From contig CBDCWI010000002.1 of NCBI GenBank assembly GCA_965223325.1, forward strand, positions 2,112,001-2,176,000: a stretch of 64,000 nucleotides of DNA. The letters run 5' to 3'. Below the pieces are notes generated by a model that saw only the letters and a program-made list of their open reading frames with translations, searched no databases and had not been told where the DNA came from. Every line of letters begins with the position of its first letter. Within the stretch, counting starts at the first letter, position 1. The translations under genes were made by a program, and so were the position numbers. Below are positions 1-9,179 of this stretch, piece by piece. The DNA is from Candidatus Multivoradales bacterium (GTDB lineage Bacteria > Acidobacteriota > Thermoanaerobaculia > Multivoradales > Multivoraceae).

Positions 1-156
1 GTGCGCCTTGTTGTCGCCCCATCGTGGGTCGGGCACCTTCTCAGCCCGAATCGATGCGCTGCGACGGCTGTTGCCGATCCGAATCGATGGTCTAAACCGG
101 AGCGAATCGCGAAAGCGACTTCCAGGCTGCGCGCTCCTGCCCGAATTACCCGGTAC

Positions 157-206
157 ACGGCCCCCCCTCACGGCCCCCTACGGCCCCTCCCGCGGCCCCT
201 CCCGCG
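157..206. repeat. Short degenerate tandem repeat (cggcccct-type units, about 4 copies)
   Basis: acggccccccctc-acggccccct-acggcccctcccg-cggcccctcccg read directly; the minus strand carries several G-runs. Confidence 0.6.
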
Positions 207-574
207 AGGGCTCGGCTATCCGAAAGATCCTCCACCACCTCGAGCACCGCCAAGGCACGGCCAGGGCACCTCCCAAGGCGACCCCGAGTCTCGACCAGCA
301 GCCAACAGCACCGACCGCCTGAACTCTCGGAGTTTCCTGGCTCCGAACGGTCGAGGTCTGCCCTGACACTTGACCTGAACGGCTCAGTTCCCGCCCCGAT
401 CAGCTCCGACGCTGATGACCGCAGGCCCAGAACCTCGATGGCTGCCACGATCTGTCACGACAGGGTCTAGAGCGGGCGACAAAGCTCCGATCTCTTGGCG
501 GCACGGCAGATTCGATGGCTCTTGAGCCAAAAGGATATCCCTATCCCTTGAGCGAAAAGGAATCCCTATCCCTT
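207..574 (+). mobile_element. 3' remnant of an IS91-family element: transposase C-terminus plus oriIS-like end
   Basis: Frame 8..322 ends AIRKILHHLEHRQGTARAPP, resembling the IRxILxHL...RAPP tail of IS91/Y2 transposases. It is followed by AAAAGGAATCCCTATCC, similar to the AAATTCCTATC end I recall for IS91. Confidence 0.6.
521..574 (+). repeat. Tandem duplication of the putative IS end (26 + 25 nt)
   Basis: cttgagccaaaaggatatccctatcc (521-546), then cttgagcgaaaaggaatccctatcc (547-571), then ctt. Confidence 0.85.
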
Positions 575-593
575 TCATCGCCGCTGTGGTAGC

Positions 594-2693
594 GTGCCGT
601 CAAAACTCCTCCGAGTCCGGGCGCTCGTGCTGGTCGGAGCAGCGCTCGGTGCTCTAGCGGCGATTCCCGCGACCGGGCAGGTCATCGCCGAGGGTGAGCT
701 ACGCGTCTCGCCCGACGGCGGTGCCTCGAGCGCGAGTGTGACCAACCTCGCCTATCGGCAATTCACCGCGCGGCATTCGGTTCCGGTGGGTGTGGGGCGG
801 ACAGCTGGTCGCACGCTGGTGGTGGCGCTACGCGACGGAGGCCGTCCAGGGCAGTCGTGCCCGGCTCGGCCGCAGCAGGGTGACGTCATGCTGCAGGGTC
901 AGGACTGCGCTGCCCTCAACTGGCCCGACTCCAGCCGACCCTCCTTTTCGGTCACGAACCGAGTTCGAGTCCAGGTCGCCGGTGGCGGTAGGACGTCTCT
1001 TCATCTCCGCATGGATCAGAGCCTCAGGACGAGAGCCGAACCACCCGCCGATTGACTGCACACCGGGCTGGGCGGGTCCGCCCTGGAATGGCAAGGAGAG
1101 CTCTCTGACGATCTGTTGGAGGGAGGTGAGCTCCTCCTCGAGCTCAACCTGTCGAAGCTAGGCAACCCGACCGTCGACATCGGGTACGAGATTCGGCTCG
1201 AAGGCGTTGCTGATCCCGTACCCTCGGTTCGTTTCGCAGCCAGTAGCGGCGAGGCGCTGGAAAGCTCGGGAAGCGCTACCATCACGGTCGAACGCTCGGG
1301 CGAGCTCGGCGAGTCGTCGGTGGTACGGGTGCGCTCGAACGGGGGCACCGCCACCGCCGGCGAGGACTATGCGCCCGTCGACCAGGATTTGACCTTTGGC
1401 CCGGGCTCGTCGAGCGCTTCTTTCGAGGTCGCGATCGTCGACGACACCGAGAGAGAAAGCGACGAGACGATCGTCCTGACGCTCTCGGACCCGACCGGGG
1501 CCGTTTTGGGTAGTCGGCGGCAGACCACACTTTCCATCCAGGACGACGATTCGGTTTCGACCCTCGGCTTCGTATCGCTCTCGACCGTCGCGAGCGAAGC
1601 AGCAGGATCCGTTGCACTCGAGGTCGAGCGCGCCGGAGCGTCGTCGGGTGCGGTCTCTTTGTCGTACGAAGTCAGCTCTCTGAGTGCGACGGCGGGCGTC
1701 GACTACGAGGTGGCCGCTACTGGCACACTGGAGTGGGATGACCAGGAGACCGGCTCGAAGGCGATACCGGTGACCCTGTTCGATGATCTCCTGGACGAGG
1801 GCAGCGAGCTGGTGCGATTCGAGCTGATCAGCGCTTCGGGTGAAGCTCGTGTCGGAGGAATCACAGTGGCGGTGCTGGTGATCGCGGACGATGAGGCGTC
1901 TGCCGCGTGCACCGCCTCCGAACGTGCCCTCTGCTTGCAGGACGGACGCTTCCGCGTCGAGGTGGACTGGCTCTCCCTCATGCAGGGCTCGAAGGGCACG
2001 GGGAGCGCGGACCCAGACAGCTCTCAGTCGGGCTTCTTCTGGTTCTTCGACCCAGAGAACATCGAGCTCATCGTCAAGATTCTCGACGGGCGCGCCTTCA
2101 CCGGTGCCTACTGGCTCTTCTACGGCGGATTGTCCGATGTCGAGTATTGGGTGACGGCCGCCGATCTCGAAACCGGGATCACTCGCGTCTACCGTAACGA
2201 AGAGGGCAGCCTGCGCGGAGTTGGCGATGTCGGAGCGTTTCCGCAGGATCCTGCCGGTCGACGCCGAGTGGATCGCGAGTCGAGCTCGATCGAAGGAAGC
2301 CTCGATTCGTATGGTCGAGCCAGCGTCGAGCGGCGGCAAGTCCGATCCGAACACACTTGCGTCTCAGGCCCGGAGACCCTATGCCTGGTGGACGGGCGTT
2401 TCCAGGTCGAAGTCACCTGGTCGGTCTCCGCTTCAGATGAGCAAGGCACTGGAGCCGCAGTACCCCGCACCGATCAGAGCGGGCTCTTCTGGTTCTTCGC
2501 TTCTCAGAACATCGAGCTGGTGGTCAAGGTTCTCGACGGACGCGTTTTAAACGACCACTTCTGGGTCTTCTACGGCGCCCTGTCCGACGTCGGCTACACC
2601 ATCACGGTCACCGACACGGAGACCGGCGAGGTCCGGGTCTATACGAACCCCGAGGGCAGCATCGAAGGTGGAGCGGATACGGCCGCCTTTTGA
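594..2693 (+). CDS. Secreted surface protein and candidate selenoprotein (in-frame TGA at codon 154): signal peptide, unknown domain, 2x Calx-beta, 2x lineage-typical C-terminal domain
   Basis: ORFs 594..1055 and 1116..2693 share a frame, and 1056-1115 is open (LHTGLGGSALEWQGELSDDL). The signal peptide is only in the first part. Calx-beta motifs: GTATAGEDY...IVDDTERESDETIVLTL and SATAGVDY...FDDLLDEGSE. Confidence 0.7.
1053..1093 (+). promoter_or_regulatory. Candidate bacterial SECIS element
   Basis: Stem GGGCG (1070-1074) / CGCCC (1079-1083) with loop GGUC at +23..+26 counted from the U of UGA, and an unpaired U at +17. The E. coli fdhF SECIS has a GGUC loop at +22..+25 and bulged U17. Confidence 0.65.
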
Positions 2694-2806
2694 TGATCGT
2701 GGCCGTCGCCACCCTCGATGGATTTCCAGTCGACCCGTATGACTCGAGTGTCCGCCGTTCAATGAGCGCGTGGGGCCCACTTCGAGGGGGCACAAGTTCG
2801 ACGGGG

Positions 2807-3110
2807 TCAGCTTCCGAGAACGAAGTCCGCCAGCAGATCGAGAAACTCAGGGTAGATCACACCCGTCTTCGGGTCCGAGATTCCGTGCCCGGCACCTTCG
2901 AAGACCCGTAGCGTCAAGTCCACTTCCTCCGGCAGTTCTCCGAGCACCTCGACGCTTTTCTTGACCGGCACGTTGTCTTGCTCGTCCGCCGAACCGTAGA
3001 CCACCAGGCCGCGGGTGCGCAGCTGTCTCCAGTAGGAGACCGGATCGAAGTCGCCGTTGAGCTTCCACCAGAGGGGTCGCTTCTTCTTGGCGATTCGTGC
3101 CCGGACTGCT
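2807..3110 (-). pseudogene. C-terminal remnant of an alpha/beta hydrolase
   Basis: GDFDPVSYWRQLRTRGLVVYGSADEQDNVP...FEGAGHGI retains the Asp and His of the triad; no 5' half. Confidence 0.7.
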
Positions 3111-3323
3111 CGCCTTCGCCTGCGCGTTCGAAGGCAAGAGTGCGGCCAGGGACAAGTTCAGGTTCGACCTGAAAGCTCGCAACCATCAGGTGGTGGGGCC
3201 CAGAGCTACTCTGTGAGGCTGCTCTCAACGATGCGATCGAAGCGGTCGCTCGTGCGTCCCAGATCGATGAAGTAGAGGCTCTCACTGGCTGACTCCGCTT
3301 CACCGCAGATCGATCACTACCTA

Positions 3324-3606
3324 CTACCTTAAGTCTTCAACCACCTCCACCGCCTCGATCATCTCCCGCACCTTCCTCGCCACCTCACCCGCCGATGGTG
3401 GATCGAGGTTGGTCATCACGACGACCGTCCACTCGCCCTCGATCTCGAGCATGGCGTTGACGCCGGGGCCGCCTCCGGCGATGCCGATCCCGATGGTCGC
3501 GGCTCGGGGGCGACGTCGGGCAGCTCGTTGCTGAGCGCCCACTCTTTGTAGCGGCGGTCGAGGAGCTGGTCGCCGACGAGCGCGTGGCGGAAGCGGAGTA
3601 GATGAC
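3324..3606 (-). pseudogene. C-terminal remnant of a beta-lactamase-family serine hydrolase, frameshifted and cut at the IS91 left end
   Basis: LLRFRHAL...then, in another frame, GIAGGGPGVNAMLE..VVMTNLDPP; the same motifs occur in the intact protein at 36553-37998 (DLLRFQQAL, AGGGPGVNA). Confidence 0.75.
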
Positions 3607-4455
3607 CAGGTGCAGGGGGACGAGAAGGGGAGACAAGAAGAGGCCACACATTTTTGGGCTGTTTCGTCAAGGCACGTACTTTCCCCATCGCGGCCTCGGT
3701 CTCCGGCCATTCGTCTTGGCCTTCTTTCGCTCGTAGCAGCGGCGGGCGGGAGACGGATGTCGCCGGAAGGAGCTGGATCGGAAGGGCTATGACGCCTGGC
3801 GACCTGGGCACCTTCGAGGTGGCCACGTGCTGATGGGGGCGGCTGGTTTCGACTCGCTGCTGGTGGAGCCATCGCAAGAGGATGGGCCTCGTTTGCGTCC
3901 TCTTCAGGGTAGAGGAGGTTCTCTACCCTGGCATCGCCATGCCCTGGCGTCTATCGGCCGCGCAGACCGAAGGCGTCCCCGCTCTACGCGCTGATCGAGA
4001 AGGTCTACGACGCGGTCAAGGCCTCGTGGGAGGTGCGTTTCGAGAGGTCGTATGGCCGCTGGCGCGGGTGTCTCGATGATCCTGTGTACGCCTTTCTCGA
4101 CTGCGGCATCCTCGAGCGGGGCTTCGCGAGAGTGGTCTGCGACGCCTGCAAGAACGAGTACCTGGTCGCCTTCTCCTGTTCCCGCCGCGGCATCTGCCCT
4201 TGCTGCGACGCCAAACGCGGTGCCATCCTGGGAGTCTTCCTGCGCGAGGAGGTGGTGGAGGACGTCGGCCACTGCCTTTGGACGTTCACGTTGCCGAAGC
4301 TCCTGCGCCCCTACTTCCGGCATCGGCGCTCTTTGCTCGGCGAGTTGCAGCGCGCCGCCTACGAGACGGTGGCGGAGCTGATCGCAGGAGCGGCGCCAGG
4401 GACCCGGCCGGGCATGGTGGCCGCCGTCCACACCGCCGCCTCGGATCTGCGCTGG
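3603..4455 (+). mobile_element. IS91-family element, copy 1, 3'-truncated
   Basis: Near-identical to 13284-14135. About 320-bp leader, then transposase with Zn domain (LDCGILERGFARVVCDAC..VAFSCSRRGICPCC); breaks just before the HPH motif. Confidence 0.9.
3928..4455 (+). pseudogene. IS91-family (Y2/HUH) transposase N-terminal fragment, probable CTG start
   Basis: Frame is open from CTG 3928 (LASPCPGVYRPRRPKASPLY) after GAGGAGG at 3912-3918, with an in-frame TAG at 3910. Confidence 0.8.
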
Positions 4456-4583
4456 TGTTCGCCGTCGTCTGGCTTATCGCAGTCATCGTCCAAGCGCTGA
4501 AGGAACGTTCCGACGGGACGAGCTAACGACTCGCGCTGAGACGTGATCGGGAGATCGTCGCAAACCTCGGCTGGTGGCCTTCC

Positions 4584-7244
4584 CTACTCGGAGCGCAAGA
4601 GCGCCAGAGGATCGAGCCGAGCCGCTCTCCTGGCAGGAAGCCAGCACGCAAGGGCGGCAGCTGCAAGGAGCACGATCGCCGCCACGAAGTAGGCCAACGG
4701 GTCTCTCGCGCTCACACCGACGAGCTGACTTTCGAGAATTCGCAGCGCGGCCGCAGCGGCAACCAGCCCCAAACCGACTCCGATCGTCGCCATGAGCAGC
4801 CCACGACCGAAGACCCACGACAGAATCGAAGTGCGATTGGCTCCGATCGCTAGTCTCACCCCGATCTCGTGCTGCCGCTGGATGACCAGCTGGGCCATCA
4901 CCCCGTAGACGCCAACGACTGCCAGCACGAGCGCCAGAGCGGCGAACGCAGCGAGCATGCTCATCATGAAGCGGCGGACATCGAGAGTGCGTGACACCCG
5001 AGCGCTCATGAGCTCGGGCCGCTCGACGGCCAGCTGCGGATCGAGCTTCTTGACCTCTGCCTCGACTGCTGGAAGCAGCAGCATCGGGTCGCCAGCGCTT
5101 CGAAGGGCTACTGTCATGCTGTCGAAGGGGAGCTGCAGATGCGGCACGTAGATGCTCGGAACGGCTCCGCTTGCCGGGCCGAGCTGACGGGTGTTCTCGA
5201 CCACTCCGACGACGGTGCGCAGAATTCGTCCATCATCCGGATTGCCGTAACCGACGAACATCTGTTTGCCAACGGCGCTACGAACACCGGCCGACGGGTC
5301 GCCGTCGCCAAAGTGCCGCTCCGCGAGAGCTCGATTGATCACGATCACGGGCTGGCTGCCCGCGCGGTCGGATTTCAAGAACGGCCGACCCGCCAGAACA
5401 TCGACGCGGAGAGCCTCGAAGTAGCTGTCGTTGATGAACCGGAATGCTGCGGAGGGTTGGCGCTGCCCCTCAGGCAGACCATCGGGCGGCTCGTATGAGA
5501 ACCACCAGCCCGAATCCGGCGGCACCCATGGATTAAGGCCGACGCTCATGACCCCGGGTATCGCGCTCAAGTTCTCGTCCAGCTGTTCGAAAAAGACAGC
5601 CGCCTCTTCTCTCTCCGGATAGGCGCTGTCGGGCAGGCCGATGCCGAAGGTGAGCGTGTTCCTCGGATCGAAGCCGAGGTCGACGCCGCCGAGATGGAGA
5701 AAGGTGCGCAGAAGGAGCCCGACCGCGATCACCAGCACGACCGAGAGCGCAGTTTCGACGACGACGAGCGCGCGACGCCCCCAAAGGCGACGGCCGCGCG
5801 GTGTGCCCTTCTTGGATTGCAGCAGTCGGCTCGGGTCCGTTCGAACACGCCATGCGGGCCAAAGACCGGCGACAAGGCCCGAGAGAAGCGTCACGGCGGC
5901 TGTGACTGCAAGCACGCGGCTATCGATGCTGACGGTCTCGAGCCTTGGGACGTAAACCGGGAGCATCGAACGCACCAAGTCGAGCCCTAGGAAGGCCAAC
6001 GCGACTCCGGCGGCACCGCCGAGGAGCGCCAGCAAGATGTTCTCTACGATCAGCTGGCGCACGATACGGGCACGACCGGCGCCGATGGCGGCTCTTACAC
6101 CAAGCTCGTGGCGTCGAGCCGCGGCTCTCGCCACGCTGAGACCGACGACGTTGATCACGCCAATCAAGAGGACGAGCGACACGCCTCCAAACAAGATTCC
6201 TAGCGGAGAGCGGGCGCTGTCGACGAAATCGTCCCGCAGCGGCACCATTGAGACTCCGCGGTTCTCCCAGCGATCGGGATGACGCTCGGTGAGGAGTCCG
6301 GCAACTCGCTCGAGATCGGCTCTCGCCCCATCGGCGCTCACACCATCGGCCAGCCTGCCGACTCCGATCAGCCACTGAGCGCCGCGCGCCCGGTCCGCCA
6401 GGTCACGCGGCTCAAAGACGAGTGGCCCCCACAGATCGGTACCGCCCGGGTACTCGAAGCTCGGCGGCATCACGCCAACGACGGTGTAGCTCTCGCGCTC
6501 GACCTCGATCGTGGTGCCGATCGCGTCTTCTCGGCCTCCGAGGTGCCGCAGCCAAAAGGAGTGACTCGCGACCACGATCCGTGGGTCCTGTTCGACCACC
6601 TCGCGATCAAACACCTGTCCGAGGGCAGGAGTGGCCCCCAAGGCACGAAAGAAGTCCGGTGTGGCGACGGCAACGGTGAGGCGTTCGGGCCTCTCACTGC
6701 CGAGGGTCACGGTGCGCCAGGAGTAGGCGGCCATCGAATCGAACGAGCGGTTGAGTTGTTGCCAATCTTTGAAGTTGGGTGCTGAGACCCACTCTTGCTG
6801 GTGATCCTCGAGGTCGTACTGCCAGAGAACGAAGGCGCGCTCTGGATCCTCGAGGGCGAGCGGGCGCAGCACGACGCCGTCGAGCAGGCTATAGACGAGG
6901 GTCGTTGCACCGATGGTGAGAGCGAGGGTAAGGAGCACGAGTGCCGTGTGGAGTGGCGCCCGTCGAATCGTTCGCCACGAAAAGCGCAGATCATTGCTGA
7001 GGTCGAACCACCAAGCGCGTCGGCTCGCGGCGTGACGCCGACGTTGACCGATGCGGCGGCAGGCCTTGAGGTGGGCGGCGCGCGACCCGAAGCGTCGCTC
7101 GGCTTCGTCCTGCGCCTCTCGTTCGCTCATGCCCTCGGCGAGCAGCTCATCGACCACCATCTGGAAATGGAAGTCGAACTCCTCTTCGACCTCGCGCCGA
7201 ACTTGCTGATCGCTACGGAGAATCGGGTCATTGTCGAGGCTCAT
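4584..7244 (-). CDS. ADOP-type duplicated ABC permease (2x MacB periplasmic + FtsX)
   Basis: 886 aa; permease prefix EEEFDFHFQM...AERRFG; RRHELGVRAAIGAGR and RQHEIGVRLAIGA repeats; ends PARRAARLDPLALLRSE. Confidence 0.95.
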   Translation of the reverse strand: MSLDNDPILRSDQQVRREVEEEFDFHFQMVVDELLAEGMSEREAQDEAERRFGSRAAHLKACRRIGQRRRHAASRRAWWFDLSNDLRFSWRTIRRAPLHTALVLLTLALTIGATTLVYSLLDGVVLRPLALEDPERAFVLWQYDLEDHQQEWVSAPNFKDWQQLNRSFDSMAAYSWRTVTLGSERPERLTVAVATPDFFRALGATPALGQVFDREVVEQDPRIVVASHSFWLRHLGGREDAIGTTIEVERESYTVVGVMPPSFEYPGGTDLWGPLVFEPRDLADRARGAQWLIGVGRLADGVSADGARADLERVAGLLTERHPDRWENRGVSMVPLRDDFVDSARSPLGILFGGVSLVLLIGVINVVGLSVARAAARRHELGVRAAIGAGRARIVRQLIVENILLALLGGAAGVALAFLGLDLVRSMLPVYVPRLETVSIDSRVLAVTAAVTLLSGLVAGLWPAWRVRTDPSRLLQSKKGTPRGRRLWGRRALVVVETALSVVLVIAVGLLLRTFLHLGGVDLGFDPRNTLTFGIGLPDSAYPEREEAAVFFEQLDENLSAIPGVMSVGLNPWVPPDSGWWFSYEPPDGLPEGQRQPSAAFRFINDSYFEALRVDVLAGRPFLKSDRAGSQPVIVINRALAERHFGDGDPSAGVRSAVGKQMFVGYGNPDDGRILRTVVGVVENTRQLGPASGAVPSIYVPHLQLPFDSMTVALRSAGDPMLLLPAVEAEVKKLDPQLAVERPELMSARVSRTLDVRRFMMSMLAAFAALALVLAVVGVYGVMAQLVIQRQHEIGVRLAIGANRTSILSWVFGRGLLMATIGVGLGLVAAAAALRILESQLVGVSARDPLAYFVAAIVLLAAAALACWLPARRAARLDPLALLRSE

Positions 7245-7573
7245 CCGGCCGCCTCGAGCACTCGGCTGACCATGGCGACGTAGCGCTGCCAGCTGGCGGT
7301 ATCGGTCTGAAGCTGTCGACGCCCCTCAGAGGTGAGCTTGTAGAAGCGGGCTCGTCGGTTGTTTTCCGAGAGTCCCCACTCCGAAGCGATCAGGCCGCGT
7401 GCTTCGAGCCTATGTAGGCCCGGATAGAGCGCCCCCTCTTCGATCTTGAGGTCTTCACCGGACGACTCCTTGAGCCAGGAGAGTACGCCGTATCCGTGGC
7501 GCTGTCCGGCACGCAGCGAGCGCAGTATGAGGAGATCAAGAGTTCCCTGAACCAGTCTCGAACCTTTTCCCAT
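7241..7573 (-). CDS. PadR-family regulator, acidobacterial ADOP-associated type
   Basis: LVQGTLDLLIL..HGYG..IEEGALYPGLHRLE..WGLSENNRRARFY; overlaps the permease start by 4 nt; ATG at 7573. Confidence 0.95.
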   Translation of the reverse strand: MGKGSRLVQGTLDLLILRSLRAGQRHGYGVLSWLKESSGEDLKIEEGALYPGLHRLEARGLIASEWGLSENNRRARFYKLTSEGRRQLQTDTASWQRYVAMVSRVLEAAG

Positions 7574-7627
7574 AGACGACTCTCCTTCCGAAGCCGGCCA
7601 TTCCAACAGCTCTCCCTGAGAAACTTC

Positions 7628-7677
7628 CCTAAAGCTTTTAGGGGGACCCTACGCGAGATTCCCCTAAAAGGTCAAGG
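7628..7677. promoter_or_regulatory. Two 15-bp palindromic boxes, putative PadR operators
   Basis: CCTAAAGCTTTTAGG (7628-7642) and CCTAAAAGGTCAAGG (7663-7677) upstream of padR. Confidence 0.7.
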
Positions 7678-7755
7678 GGAAGACGTTCGGCGAGGACACC
7701 TCCTGTAGGCTGACGCTCGTAGCTCCTCGATCAGAGAGTCAAACAGGCCGAAGCT

Positions 7756-8797
7756 GTGAACAGCCCTCGGGAGGGAAAGACCGTCAGTAAGAAACTCAAC
7801 TCTGTCCAGGCACGACTGAGCGTCTTGACTGCAGTCGCGATGCTGGTTGGCGGGCTGTCGTTTCTCGCGCCGTCCGCGAGCTTCGCACACAAAGTCGAGC
7901 TGCAGCTGCGCGAGGGCACCAATATCGCCGTCGATGCGTCACCCGATGGCCAAACCCTAGTCATCGACCTGCAGGGCACGCTCTGGACGCTGCCAATTGA
8001 GGGTGGCCAGGCCAAGGCGATCACCGACCACTACGGCGACGCTCGACAACCGAACTGGTCTCCCGATGGCTCACGGATCGCGTTCCAGAGCTATCGCTCC
8101 GGCAACTGGCACATTTGGTCGGTCCGCCCCGATGGCTCGGATCTAGAGCAACTGACCTTCGGCAAGGCCGATGACCGCGAGCCCACTTGGACCCCTGATG
8201 GAAAGTCGATCCGCTTCGCCTCGGATCGCGCCGGGCAACTACGACATCTGGCAGCTGGCCGTCGGCAAGAGTGGCGGCGAGAGCGAGCCAGTTCGGATCA
8301 CCAGCGATCCCTCCAACGACTACGCCCCGGCCGTCGGACCGGACGGCCAGCACCTGGCCTTCGTCTCCGAACGCCAACCGCAAGGCATCTGGAGCAAGAA
8401 CCTGCGCAGCGATGATGCTCCCGAGCTACTCGAGGAGCTGCTCGGCACAACCAACGGACTCAGCTTCTCTCCCGACAGCTGGCGTCTGCTCTTCCAAAAC
8501 TACGATCGCGGCAGCACCTCGACCTACCTCGGCCTCGTCGAGCTCTACGACAAGGTCGAACCGCGCAAGCTCTCAGAGTCGGGCGAGGATGTGTTCCCTT
8601 CCGAGCCACTTGGATCTCTCCAACCACCTAGATCTATACCTCCGACGGCAAGCTAGGCCGTCGCACGCTCTCGATTCCTACGGTTGAGCAACCGGTGCCC
8701 AAGGAGCTCGAGCCGGTCCGCGACATTCCGTTCGTCGCCGAGGTCTCCTTCGAGCGCCCCGAATACACACGGAAGAAGCGCAACTACGACTCCGACC
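7756..8797 (+). pseudogene. TolB-like PD40 beta-propeller protein (typical N-terminus of secreted amidohydrolases), disrupted and truncated
   Basis: Signal peptide and SPDG repeats; frameshifts near 8234 and 8600, in-frame TAG 8628-8630; homology appears to end near 8797. Confidence 0.8.
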
Positions 8798-9068
8798 GAA
8801 AGTCACGGACTACACAGCCATCGGACCCGAAGGCACCGCACAGAGCGAAGCTGCCGCGAAGCTCAGCCCGATCGAAGCTTCGGTGCACGCCGGCCTCTAC
8901 GGCCACACCGACTTCATGGCGGCCGACGACTCCAAAGGTGACGGCACTCCTGGCCAGCCCGGCACCAACCTGGTCAGCAACACCCTGGTCGACTGGATCC
9001 TCGCGCGAGCCACCGGACAGGCTCGGGTGCCGACGGCACAAGAGCAGGGGGTCGTCGACTGGTCCTGA
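8798..9068 (+). pseudogene. C-terminal remnant of an unrelated, probably hydrolase, gene
   Basis: ...ASVHAGLYGHTDFMAADDS...LVDWILAR...DWS* with no start; joined to the previous remnant. Confidence 0.45.
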
Positions 9069-9099
9069 TCGAAGTCACCGGGGTACGGACCCCGCTTTA

Positions 9100-9155
9100 C
9101 CTAGACAGCCGAGGCAACCTTGAACTAGCCTCGTCGTATACCAAGACTGTCTAGG
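9100..9155. promoter_or_regulatory. Two 15-bp PadR-type boxes upstream of an orphan ADOP permease
   Basis: CCTAGACAGCCGAGG (9100-9114) and CCAAGACTGTCTAGG (9141-9155); same architecture as 7628-7677. Confidence 0.7.
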
Positions 9156-9179
9156 TTCTATCTGGATCGCGCTACCACC

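Noticed and set aside
521-574. Mini CRISPR array
   Set aside because: Two abutting units without spacers and no cas genes
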